Shown here piece after piece: positions 47,429 to 56,468 of a DNA stretch of 64,000 nt. Every line of letters starts with the position of its first letter. Within the stretch, counting starts at the first letter, position 1. Made by a program: the position numbers and the translations under genes. The stretch covers positions 4,096,001 through 4,160,000 of the forward strand of contig CBDFJQ010000002.1 in the NCBI GenBank assembly GCA_965248575.1, written 5' to 3'. This DNA is from Planctomycetota bacterium (lineage in GTDB: Bacteria; Planctomycetota; B15-G4). The notes under the pieces were generated by a model, which saw nothing but the letters and a program-made list of their open reading frames with translations, ran no database searches and was not told where the DNA came from.

Positions 47429-49072
47429 GTGTTCAAGACCCTGGTCCTTGTGGCGCTGTCCAGCGTGTTGTTGATGCACCCGTCGGCGGCTCAGCTGCCG
47501 GTTCCTCCTGGGAGTTTGGATCTCCAAGGGCAACTCCTTGAGCTAACCCCCGAGCATCTTCTCGTCTTGCACTTCGAAGGAGGCGCAAGCGACGCCGACC
47601 TCAACGGCGACGGCGACAAGCAAGACTATGTCGTGTCCTTGCGTCATCACGGGAGCGGCCGGTCACAGTTGTTTCCAGTGGCCATCTCTCAGGTTCACTG
47701 GCTGCGTGACCCCTCGACTGGCGAGTTCAGTCGGTACATCGCCCTGTACGTGCGCGAATCCGATCACTCGGTGGACCTCAATGGAGACGGTGACCTTGCA
47801 GATGAAGGCGCCATGCTGATCGACGTGCGGTTCAGGAAGCTCATCAAGTTGCCCTTCGCCGTGAAAATGTCCTCCATTCGATTTTCTGGCGACTCCATTG
47901 CCTTCTCGGTTTCCGAAGCCCAGCAGGCTGCAGCGGATCTGAACGGAGACGGTGACGCTTCAGACTTCGTCGTTCACGTGCATGACCTGAAGAGTCAGGT
48001 CACCACCAACGTTGGGATCGCCTCGGGAGGATTCAGTCTCGACGTGCGTGCCACTGGCAGCGGGTTCGCCGTGTTGGTCTGGGAGTTCGCCCAAGGAGGA
48101 ATCGATCTGGGAGGCGACGGGCTGGTCTCTGGCAACGTGATGCACCTCGTCAGTCAGGCTGGCCTCGCTACCAATACCGGCATTGCACCCTTGGGGCATG
48201 TCGTCGTCGGGGACGCCATCGTCCTGGCGGGTTCCGAGAGCTTCTCGGGAGAGGACTTTGACGGCGACGGTGTCGTGAGCACCAACAAGGCTTTGCTGTT
48301 GCTGGATGTCGAAACAGGCAATGCAGACTATCTCGGCGTGAGCGACCTCCTCCTCGGTCTCGGTACGTTTACGACGTCGACCATCGCACCCTACGCCTAC
48401 ACCCAGTTCGATGGGGAGATACTGCGGGTGAACACTCTCGACGGAACCCTGGCCACCGTGGATTCCATGCCGGTGCCCGTTGGGGAAGACCTTGCAGTCG
48501 TTTACGTGCCAGAGTCTGGCGTTTCGGATCTGAACGGCGACGGCGATTTCGGGGACGTCGTGATCCACCTCGCCGACGTGGAGACCCAAACGCCAGCCAC
48601 GAATCTGGGCGTCTCGACCCAGCCCATCTTCAATCAACCCGTTGCCAAGGGAGCGGACGGAGTCGTGGTCACGACGATCTCGGAGAAGTCACAGGGCAAC
48701 CGGGACAGAAACCTCGACGGCGACACGAAGGACTTCACGTTGTTGGTTCATCATGTGGCCAGCGGACAGAACCACGAAGTCCCCTTGGGGGTCGTTCAAT
48801 TTGAGACGAGCTCGGGCTTGGTGGCGTTCCTGGTGTCCGAGGCTGGGAATGGTTCTGCCAACCTCAACCACGATGGCGATGCGAAGGATCATGTCCTGCA
48901 CGTGATGAACGTGCGTACGGGCCAGCTCATGAACCTGAAGGCGGGTACTGCATCGTTCCAATTGGTGGGCCGGCGCCTCGCTTGGACGGTCAGTGAGCAA
49001 GACGAAGGCGGGAGCGACTTCAATGGCGACGGCGACAGCCTCGACCTCTTCGTGCACATGCTGGAACTCTAG
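47429..49072 (+). CDS. Secreted repeat protein with nine DLNGDGD-like Ca-binding loops
   Basis: GAGGAGG RBS; signal peptide ending SAAQ; recurring E-x(4-6)-DLNGDGD-x2-D-x-V-x-H unit. Confidence 0.75.
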   Translation: MFKTLVLVALSSVLLMHPSAAQLPVPPGSLDLQGQLLELTPEHLLVLHFEGGASDADLNGDGDKQDYVVSLRHHGSGRSQLFPVAISQVHWLRDPSTGEFSRYIALYVRESDHSVDLNGDGDLADEGAMLIDVRFRKLIKLPFAVKMSSIRFSGDSIAFSVSEAQQAAADLNGDGDASDFVVHVHDLKSQVTTNVGIASGGFSLDVRATGSGFAVLVWEFAQGGIDLGGDGLVSGNVMHLVSQAGLATNTGIAPLGHVVVGDAIVLAGSESFSGEDFDGDGVVSTNKALLLLDVETGNADYLGVSDLLLGLGTFTTSTIAPYAYTQFDGEILRVNTLDGTLATVDSMPVPVGEDLAVVYVPESGVSDLNGDGDFGDVVIHLADVETQTPATNLGVSTQPIFNQPVAKGADGVVVTTISEKSQGNRDRNLDGDTKDFTLLVHHVASGQNHEVPLGVVQFETSSGLVAFLVSEAGNGSANLNHDGDAKDHVLHVMNVRTGQLMNLKAGTASFQLVGRRLAWTVSEQDEGGSDFNGDGDSLDLFVHMLEL

Positions 49073-49194
49073 ATCCACCTGGCCTGACGGACACGAATCC
49101 GCGCCCTCCGAACATGTTCCGGGTGACGGAGTGTGAGAGACGGGCCCGTGGGTTACGTACGATGCGGGACGAAGCGGCCGGATGATGGGGTCGT

Positions 49195-50943
49195 GTGAAT
49201 CGTGCGCGGAGGGACGGCCCTTTGGCCCAGAAGAAGGTGACGGCACGGACCAGTCTGCGCGAGCTGAAACAGCTGCTCACCACTTATGTCGGTGAGGTCG
49301 CAGCCCGAAAGTTCGCGTGTCTTCGCTTTCTGGGGCGCCGACGCTTGGACACAGCCCAGGAGGTGCTCGAATTCCATGAGGCCCTGTGCTTCCTGCGCGC
49401 CCACCCCGACAACGGCGAGGTCCTGGCGGAGGTGGAGCAGCAGCTGGAGCGCTTCCATGCCCGCGGGGACGTCCGGGCATTCCGGGACGAGCTCGCGGAG
49501 AGCGGCGTGGCGGGCACGGACATCCACTACCCCTTCTTCGCGCCCATGGCTGCCTGGCTCTCCAAGACCTGCGGCCAGCACCTGACCATCGACTGGGAGA
49601 GCGTGGATGAGCGCGCCGAGGCCCAGCTTCTGGCCTGGCTTGAGTCCTTCGTCTCCCCCGCGGAGTTGTTCGGGCTGTTCGAAGAGAAGCGCTCGGTGCG
49701 GGAGTGGGTCGAGCGGCTCAAGCACGAGGACGAATCGGACGCGGGCTTTCTCGTGCGCTGCTTCGCGGGCTTACCGGCTACGGCTCCGGTGCGCTCCCGG
49801 GCGCTGGAGGTGCTCGACCTGGGCTACCGGCTGGAGGGTTCGGCGGAGGGGCCTTCCCGCAGCACGGCCCACTGGCCCAAGAGCCGCGTGTGCTTCCAGC
49901 AGCAACCCCTGCGTCGGGCGCGCCCCGATCTCAAGTCCGCATGGAGGCAGCCGCCCCGTTCCGTGCGCGCGGTCTCGGCTCGCGACGGTCAGCGGCTCAT
50001 CGACCTGGCCCGAGAGGCCATGGTGACCCGTGGGCGGGACCTCGACTCCTTCGCCTACGGCGACCCCCACGATGTGCGCATGATCGACTGTGGCGAGGGC
50101 CTGGAGTTCGCGTGCATCGGGCTGCGTCACGAACAGCGCAACGTGCTCGATGCCGTCTACGGATTCTTGACGCTCATGAACGGCGTGCCCATCGGCTACG
50201 TCCTGGCCAGCGCGCTCTTCCGCTCGTCGGAGATCGCCTACAACGTCTTCGAGACCTGGCGCGGCGGCGAGGCCGGTTACGTCTACGGCCGCGTGATCGG
50301 CATGCTGCACGCGCTGTTCGGGAGCGACGCCTTCACCATCTACCCCTACCAGCTGGGCCATGGCAATGAAGAGGGCCTGCGCTCGGGCTCGTGGTGGTTC
50401 TATCAGAAGCTCGGCTTCCGGCCCCGGGATGAGAAACGCCTACGCTTGATGGAGAAGGAACTGGGGGCGATGCGTCGAGACCCGACCCACCGCAGCAGCC
50501 GCGCCACCCTGGCGACCCTCGCGTCGGCCAACGTCTACTGGTCACCACGGGCGCCCCGGGACGACATCATCGGCGTCTTCCCGGGCGTGGCTCTGAGCCT
50601 CGCGGTGTCCGACCTCATGGCCCAGCGCTTCGGCTCGGATCGACGTCGGGGCGAACGAGAGCTGGGGGACGAAGCGGCCAAACGCCTGGGGGTCAGGAAC
50701 CGGGCCCGCTGGAATCCGGAAGAGCGCAGAGCCTGGGCGCGTTGGGCGCCGGTGCTCGCCCTGCTTCCTGGCCTGGAAGGCTGGAGTGCGGAGTCCCGGC
50801 GGGGTCTGGTGCGGGTGGTGCGCGCCAAGGGTGGTCGCCACGAGTCGGACTTCGTGCGCTTGTTCGACGCACACCGCCCCCTTCGCCAGGCGCTAAAGGC
50901 CTTGGGAAAGCGCCTGGCGTCACGCCCTGCACGGGGCGGCTGA
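49195..50943 (+). CDS. Hypothetical protein with a possible divergent GNAT domain
   Basis: Long ORF; NGVPIGY..EIAYNVFETWRG..WWFYQKLGF. Start could be 49222. Confidence 0.65.
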   Translation: MNRARRDGPLAQKKVTARTSLRELKQLLTTYVGEVAARKFACLRFLGRRRLDTAQEVLEFHEALCFLRAHPDNGEVLAEVEQQLERFHARGDVRAFRDELAESGVAGTDIHYPFFAPMAAWLSKTCGQHLTIDWESVDERAEAQLLAWLESFVSPAELFGLFEEKRSVREWVERLKHEDESDAGFLVRCFAGLPATAPVRSRALEVLDLGYRLEGSAEGPSRSTAHWPKSRVCFQQQPLRRARPDLKSAWRQPPRSVRAVSARDGQRLIDLAREAMVTRGRDLDSFAYGDPHDVRMIDCGEGLEFACIGLRHEQRNVLDAVYGFLTLMNGVPIGYVLASALFRSSEIAYNVFETWRGGEAGYVYGRVIGMLHALFGSDAFTIYPYQLGHGNEEGLRSGSWWFYQKLGFRPRDEKRLRLMEKELGAMRRDPTHRSSRATLATLASANVYWSPRAPRDDIIGVFPGVALSLAVSDLMAQRFGSDRRRGERELGDEAAKRLGVRNRARWNPEERRAWARWAPVLALLPGLEGWSAESRRGLVRVVRAKGGRHESDFVRLFDAHRPLRQALKALGKRLASRPARGG

Positions 50944-50983
50944 GGTCGACAGCAGGGCGGCCAGCACGAGTGAACGTCCTAGC

Positions 50984-52102
50984 TCAGCTGCGGATGCGCT
51001 CCAGGATGCGGTCCGTCTCGGCCAGGACCTCGGTCACGCACTCCGGCGTGTGGTCGCCCATGTGGCCGATGCGCCAGTGGGTCGTCTTGGTCTTGCCGTA
51101 GCCGCCGGTGATGAAGTAACCCGCGGCACGGTAGCCCTTGACCAGTTCGGCCATGGGGAAGCTGCCCTTGGCGTCGATGCTCGTGACGGTGGGGCTCAGG
51201 AAGCGTTCCTCCTGGGCCAGGGTTCCCATGCCGTTGGCGGCCGCCCAGTCGAGGACCAGGCGCTGCATCTTCAGGTGCTTCTCGAAGCGCGCGGCCATGC
51301 CACCGCTGGCGGCGATGTCCTGCAATTGCACGCGCAAGGCCTGCATGACGGAGATGGAGGGCGTGGTGGAGGTCATGCCCTTGTCGTCCTGGTACTGCAG
51401 GGCGGAGCGCAGGTCGTTGGTGTATCCGCGGCCGGGGACCTCATCCATACGGGCCGCTGCGCGCGGGGACACGGCAGCCAGCGCGAGGGCTGCGGGCAGG
51501 GCCCATGCCTTCTGCACACCTCCCACGGCGATGTCGATGTCGATGGCGTCGAAGTCGATCTGGGCACCGCAGGCGCTGGAGGTGACGTCCACGCACACCA
51601 GGGCGTCGGGGCAGGTGGCGCGCACGCCGCGCGCCACGCCGGCGATGTCGGACAACACTCCGGTGCTCGTTTCACAGTGGGCCACCATGACGGCGTCCAC
51701 TGGTCCGTGCTCCTTCACGGCCGCGGCCACGGACTGCTCGTCCCAGCCATCACCCCACTCCTTCTCGACCTTCACCGCGTCCAGACCACAGGCGCTGGAC
51801 AGCTTGAACCAGAGGTTGGAGAAGTTGCCGTTCACCAGGTGCAGCAGCTTGCCGCCGGGGCGCGTCACGCTGCGGCTGACCCCTTCCATGGCGGCCGTGG
51901 ACGAGCAGCTGAGCACGACCACATCGCCCTGCGTCCCGAAGCACTCGCGGATACCGGGCAGGACGTCGGCCAGCAGCTCTTTCATGAACTCGCTGCGGTG
52001 CCCGATCATGGGCTTGGCTTGGGCCTCGAGCAGCTTCTTGCGCACGTGGGTCGGGCCGGGGATGAAGAGCTTGAGATCGGACGGGTCGGAGGGGGCAGAC
52101 AC
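50984..52102 (-). CDS. Class V PLP aminotransferase (alanine-glyoxylate type), probable phosphoserine aminotransferase
   Basis: FIPGPT, IGHRS, HCETSTG, VDVTSS, GVQKAW and RIGHMG; lies downstream of serA-serB. Confidence 0.88.
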   Translation of the reverse strand: MSAPSDPSDLKLFIPGPTHVRKKLLEAQAKPMIGHRSEFMKELLADVLPGIRECFGTQGDVVVLSCSSTAAMEGVSRSVTRPGGKLLHLVNGNFSNLWFKLSSACGLDAVKVEKEWGDGWDEQSVAAAVKEHGPVDAVMVAHCETSTGVLSDIAGVARGVRATCPDALVCVDVTSSACGAQIDFDAIDIDIAVGGVQKAWALPAALALAAVSPRAAARMDEVPGRGYTNDLRSALQYQDDKGMTSTTPSISVMQALRVQLQDIAASGGMAARFEKHLKMQRLVLDWAAANGMGTLAQEERFLSPTVTSIDAKGSFPMAELVKGYRAAGYFITGGYGKTKTTHWRIGHMGDHTPECVTEVLAETDRILERIRS

Positions 52103-52123
52103 GGGAGCTTCCTGTTGTGGTGG

Positions 52124-52843
52124 TTAGAAGGTGCGCACGCGCTGCATGAGCGGCGCATGGCGGGGTGAACGGTTGAGGTAGTCGAGTTCTTCTTCGCTAA
52201 GGATGACGGGCAGCAGGGCGGCGAGGTCCGAGGCATCGACCACCGCGTCGGCCTGGGCGGCGACGTCCTCGCGCAGGGCCACGCCGCCGAAGCACACGAA
52301 GGCACTCACGGCGTCTTTGGCCTCGGCGTCGGTGATGCCGTCGCCGATGAACACCGTGTGCTTCTCGGGCATGGCCGCGAGCACCTCTTGCTTGCCGCCG
52401 TTGCGAGCGAGGGGGCTTTTGCGGTCGTAGTCGCGGTAGCGGCCGTGGTGGTCGAAGTAGACCTGAACTGCGGTCACCAGCTGGTCTTTGATGCCCAGCC
52501 AGCGGCCGAAGGCGCCCACGGGCAGGCTCAGGCCGCCCGAGACGATGCGCACTTCCTTGTCGAGGCCGTGTAGGGCGGAGACCACGTCGCGTGCCCCGGC
52601 CACCGCCGTGTCGATGTAGCGCTGGCCCACCTTGATCACGTCGATCTGCCGCGGGGACAGCAGCTCGAGCCGCTTGCCATAGACGGCGTCCAACGGGATC
52701 TCCCCGTTCATGGCCTGGTTGGTGAGGTCCTCGATGCCTTGCCGGAGCTCATCCGTGCCAGCCAATTCCTCGATGCCCTCCACACAAGACAGCGTGGAGT
52801 CGCAGTCGAAGACGACGCGGTCGAAGGGCGGTTGCAGGGCCAT
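52124..52843 (-). CDS. serB: Phosphoserine phosphatase (HAD-IB)
   Basis: FDCDSTL, EGIEELA, AMNG, VSGG and GDGITD. ATG 52843. Confidence 0.88.
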   Translation of the reverse strand: MALQPPFDRVVFDCDSTLSCVEGIEELAGTDELRQGIEDLTNQAMNGEIPLDAVYGKRLELLSPRQIDVIKVGQRYIDTAVAGARDVVSALHGLDKEVRIVSGGLSLPVGAFGRWLGIKDQLVTAVQVYFDHHGRYRDYDRKSPLARNGGKQEVLAAMPEKHTVFIGDGITDAEAKDAVSAFVCFGGVALREDVAAQADAVVDASDLAALLPVILSEEELDYLNRSPRHAPLMQRVRTF

Positions 52844-52919
52844 GGGATGGCAGGGAGGCGGTGGGTTCAATCCGGCTGTGAGGCCGAACGCCTGGTTGCC
52901 CCGGAGAGGCGGCTGCCCC

Positions 52920-54539
52920 TTAGAGCGAAAGTGTGCGGGAGCTGATGATGCGCGGTTGGGCGGAGAGCTCGGACAGCTCGTCGACCGTGAGCGGGCGGTT
53001 GATGCCGTAGAGGGCCATGGCAGCGTCCCCGTTCTCGGAAGAGGCCATCTGCAGGCCGCCGATGTTGACGCCCTGAGTGCCGAGCCACGTGGCCACCGTG
53101 CCGAGCACGCCGGGCGCGTCGTGGTGTCGGGTGAGCAGCAGGCAGCCTTCGGGGACGAAGTCCACGCCGAAGCCCTCAAAGCGCACGAGGCGCGGGCGGC
53201 CGCGGTAGACCGTGCCCGCCAGGCTGTGCTCGTTGCCGGACTTGGTGAGCACATGCAGTTTGAGCAGGGAGGTGAAGTCCGTGGGCTCGCGGCTGTTCTC
53301 TTCCAGAAGTTGCAGCCCTCGCTCGGCGGCGACCATCTCGGCGTTGACAGCGTTGACGGGCGTCTCGAGCGCGGGGCTCAGGATGCCGGCCAGCACCGCC
53401 AGCTTGACGGGGTTGGTGTTGCGCTCGGCCAGGTCGCCGCGGTAGCTCACTTCCACGCGCACGATGGGGTCGTTGGCCACCTGGGCCAGCATCAGGCCGG
53501 CGCGCTCACCTAGCGCCATGTAGGGCCGCAGGGTGGCCAGGTCTTCGGGGGACACGCTCGGCGCGTTCACCGAGCAGCGACCCTCGTCGTGCAGCAGGTA
53601 GTCCGCCATCTGCTTGGCGATCTCGGTTGAGACGCGCACCTGTGCCTCGCTCGAGCTGGCACCCAGGTGCGGCGTGAGCAGCAGCTTGGGTGCGCTGCGC
53701 AGGGGACTGTCCTCGGCCAGGGGTTCGCTCTCGTACACATCGAGGGCGGCGCCGCCGAGTTCGCCAGCGTCCAGGGCAGCCAGCAGGTCGGCCTCGACGA
53801 TGATGCCGCCCCGGGCGCAGTTGATGAGGCAGGCGTTCGACTTCATCTTCTTCATGGCTGTCGCGTCGATCAGGCCCAGGGTCTCGGGGCTCTTGGGCAC
53901 GTGGATGCTCATGAAGTCGGCTTGTGCCAGGGCTTCGTCCAGGTCCACCAGCTCCACGCCGGGCACCGGGGACTCGCCGGTGAGGAAGGGGTCGTAGGCC
54001 AGGACGTTCATCTTCAAGCCCAGGCCGCGCTCCGCGGCGATGCGGCCGATCTTGCCCAAGCCCACGATGACCAGGGTCTTGCCGGTGATCTCGCGGCCGG
54101 TGAGGGAAGACTTGTCCCAGCGGCCGGCCTTCATGCTGGCGTCGGCGGCGGGCAGGTGGCGGGCCAGGCTCATCACGTGGGCGATGGCCAGCTCAGCCGT
54201 GGTGGTGGCGTTGGCGAGCGGGGTGTTCATGACCAGCACGCCGTGGCGGCTGGCGGCCCCGAGGTCGATGTTGTCCACGCCGATGCCGGCACGGCCCACG
54301 GCCCGCAGGCGTGGAGCGGCCTCGATCACGGCTTCCGTGACCTTCGAGGCGCTGCGCACGAGGATCCCGTCCACGTCCTTGGCGGCCGCCACGAGCTCCT
54401 CGGGGCTCAGGCCAGTTTGCACCCGAGCCTCCAATCCGGCGGCTTCCAGGATCGCGACACCGGCGGGGTCCATCTTGTCGGCGACGAGCACCACTTGGGT
54501 GCGGGTGGTGGTCTTTTCGGGGGTCATGGTGGAGGGCAT
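52920..54539 (-). CDS. serA: D-3-phosphoglycerate dehydrogenase (long form with ASB/ACT domains)
   Basis: VRSASKV, RAGIGVDNID, GLGKIG, NCARGG, TPHLGAS and HHDAPGVLG. Start 54539 or 54527. Confidence 0.95.
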   Translation of the reverse strand: MPSTMTPEKTTTRTQVVLVADKMDPAGVAILEAAGLEARVQTGLSPEELVAAAKDVDGILVRSASKVTEAVIEAAPRLRAVGRAGIGVDNIDLGAASRHGVLVMNTPLANATTTAELAIAHVMSLARHLPAADASMKAGRWDKSSLTGREITGKTLVIVGLGKIGRIAAERGLGLKMNVLAYDPFLTGESPVPGVELVDLDEALAQADFMSIHVPKSPETLGLIDATAMKKMKSNACLINCARGGIIVEADLLAALDAGELGGAALDVYESEPLAEDSPLRSAPKLLLTPHLGASSSEAQVRVSTEIAKQMADYLLHDEGRCSVNAPSVSPEDLATLRPYMALGERAGLMLAQVANDPIVRVEVSYRGDLAERNTNPVKLAVLAGILSPALETPVNAVNAEMVAAERGLQLLEENSREPTDFTSLLKLHVLTKSGNEHSLAGTVYRGRPRLVRFEGFGVDFVPEGCLLLTRHHDAPGVLGTVATWLGTQGVNIGGLQMASSENGDAAMALYGINRPLTVDELSELSAQPRIISSRTLSL

Positions 54540-54755
54540 CGGGATGCTCGGTGCGGCAGAAGAGGGACGGGGAGGGAGATCGCGTGGGGACCTTCGTATT
54601 CCAGGCTCAGACATATCCTTTTGAGGCGGCGACAGCCAGCCGTGCAAGAGACTATCCCGACCAAAGAGTACGTAAAGGCGGCAGATCTTCTGCGGCTCCA
54701 GAAGCCATGGGTTCGATAGCGGGATACGACCCCTCGGGATAGACTGTTCCGACCT

Positions 54756-56330
54756 ATGCGCGTACAGCTGATTCACCCTCCTGCTTTCGTCAACCCGACG
54801 GCCCTGACGGCCCTCGCACCGACGCTCCCCCTGGGCCTGGCGTACATCGCCTCCTCGGCTCGTGGGGCGGGCCACGAGGTGAGCATCATCGACTCCGTCG
54901 GCGAGGCCCCCGACCGCTTGCGCCGGGATGGCCCGGTGGCAGTCCTGGGGCTCAACGTCGAGGAGATCGTGGAGCGCCTGGACCCCGAGACGCAGGTGGT
55001 GGGCATCGGCGAGACCTTCACCTACCAGTGGTTCGTCGTGCAGAAGATCCTGGCCGCAGTGAAGGAAGCGCGGCCGGACATCCTGCTGGTGGCAGGGGGC
55101 GAGCACTTCACGGGCTTGCCCGACTACACCCTGCGTGAGTCGGCCGCAGACGTGCTGGTGATCGGCGAAGGCGAGGAGACCTTCCTCGACATCACGCGCC
55201 GCTACGGGGATTACGTGGAAGCGCGCGGCGACGCGGATGCTCCTACGGAAGTGGCAGGCCATGTGCACGAGTGGTTGGGCGGTTGCCCCGGCACGGTGTA
55301 TCGCGGGGCCGATGGCGAACCCGTGCACGAGGAGCGCCGCTCCCGCGTGCGCGATGTCGACAAGATCCCGCCGCCGGCGTGGGACCTGTTCGATGTCATC
55401 ACCTACGACGAGAACCGCTGGATCACCGGTATCCGGCGCGGCGTCACGATCCCCATCTTTGCGACGCGCGGTTGTCCCTACCAGTGCACCTACTGCAGTT
55501 CGTCGAACATGTGGACCACCAAGTGGGTGGCGCGCGACCCCAAGCTGGTCGCCGACGAGATGCAGCACAGCTACGACACCTATGGTGCGCGCAACTTCCC
55601 GTTCCACGATTTGACGGCCATCCTCAAGCGCCAGTGGATCCTCGACTTCTGCAACGAGATCCTGGATCGAGGGCTGGAAGTCTCATGGCAGCTGCCTCTG
55701 GGCACGCGCTGCGAAGTGGTGGACGACGAAGTCGCCGATCTGCTCCAGCGCAGTGGCGGTTGGTCGCTGAACTTCGCGCCCGAGAGCGGCAGCGAGCGCG
55801 TGCGCGAGCGCGTCAAGAAACGGATGTCCGAGGAGAGCTTGATGAGCGCGGTGAACGCGGCCATCAAGCACAAGCTCAACGTCACCTCCTTCTTCATCCT
55901 GGGCTTCCCGGAAGACGAACCCTTCGACATGAAGGAAACCGTCAAGCTGGTGAAGAAGCTGGCACGGGCTGGTGTGGACGATGTGGCCGTGGGCTTCTTC
56001 TTCCCCATTCCGGGCACGCCGCTTTGGAATCAGCTCGAGGATGTGGGCAAGGTGGGCATGGATCAGGACACGATCCTGGCGCCGCTCTTCGTGCACGACC
56101 GCTGGATGACCAAGGAACGCAACTTCTGCAGCAACATGAGCGCCCGGACCCTGACCTACTGGAAGTACCGGGTGGTCTTCGCGTTCTACCTGCGGGCGAT
56201 CCTGCTGAACCCCAAGCGCTGGATGCGCATCTTCAGCAACTTCTTCAGCGAGCGCGAAGACAGCAAGTTCGACAGCTTCATGCGCATCCTCAAGCAACGC
56301 TTCTTCACGAAGCGCGCCGCCAAGACCTAG
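54756..56330 (+). CDS. B12-binding radical SAM protein
   Basis: PLGLAYIAS, GGEH and GEGE (cobalamin domain); RGCPYQCTYC, ESGS and FILGFP. Confidence 0.9.
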   Translation: MRVQLIHPPAFVNPTALTALAPTLPLGLAYIASSARGAGHEVSIIDSVGEAPDRLRRDGPVAVLGLNVEEIVERLDPETQVVGIGETFTYQWFVVQKILAAVKEARPDILLVAGGEHFTGLPDYTLRESAADVLVIGEGEETFLDITRRYGDYVEARGDADAPTEVAGHVHEWLGGCPGTVYRGADGEPVHEERRSRVRDVDKIPPPAWDLFDVITYDENRWITGIRRGVTIPIFATRGCPYQCTYCSSSNMWTTKWVARDPKLVADEMQHSYDTYGARNFPFHDLTAILKRQWILDFCNEILDRGLEVSWQLPLGTRCEVVDDEVADLLQRSGGWSLNFAPESGSERVRERVKKRMSEESLMSAVNAAIKHKLNVTSFFILGFPEDEPFDMKETVKLVKKLARAGVDDVAVGFFFPIPGTPLWNQLEDVGKVGMDQDTILAPLFVHDRWMTKERNFCSNMSARTLTYWKYRVVFAFYLRAILLNPKRWMRIFSNFFSEREDSKFDSFMRILKQRFFTKRAAKT

Positions 56331-56468
56331 GCGGTCGCAGGCTGGTCCAGCGGCCCACAGTTGGGGCCCCGGCAGCCTACGTATGGTGAAATGGCCAGCC
56401 GCTTGGGCAGGGCATCCGGTGTGCCTGCTTGGAGAGTGGGGTGACCCGTGCTGCTGAGGAGTCAACGC

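Noticed and set aside
52844..52919. GGTTCAATCC resembling a tRNA T-loop
   Set aside because: No cloverleaf could be built; it is a short serA-serB spacer.
54540..54755. Known riboswitch (glycine, SAM, ZTP, cobalamin) upstream of serA or the radical SAM gene
   Set aside because: I could not match the consensus cores by eye; kept only as an unassigned structured region.
54540..55607. 895-aa ORF suggesting a long N-terminal extension of SerA
   Set aside because: Most of the extension is antisense to the radical SAM gene; SerA homology starts near 54539.
56336..56381. Imperfect hairpin after the radical SAM gene
   Set aside because: Mismatched stem and no U tract; could arise by chance at this GC content.
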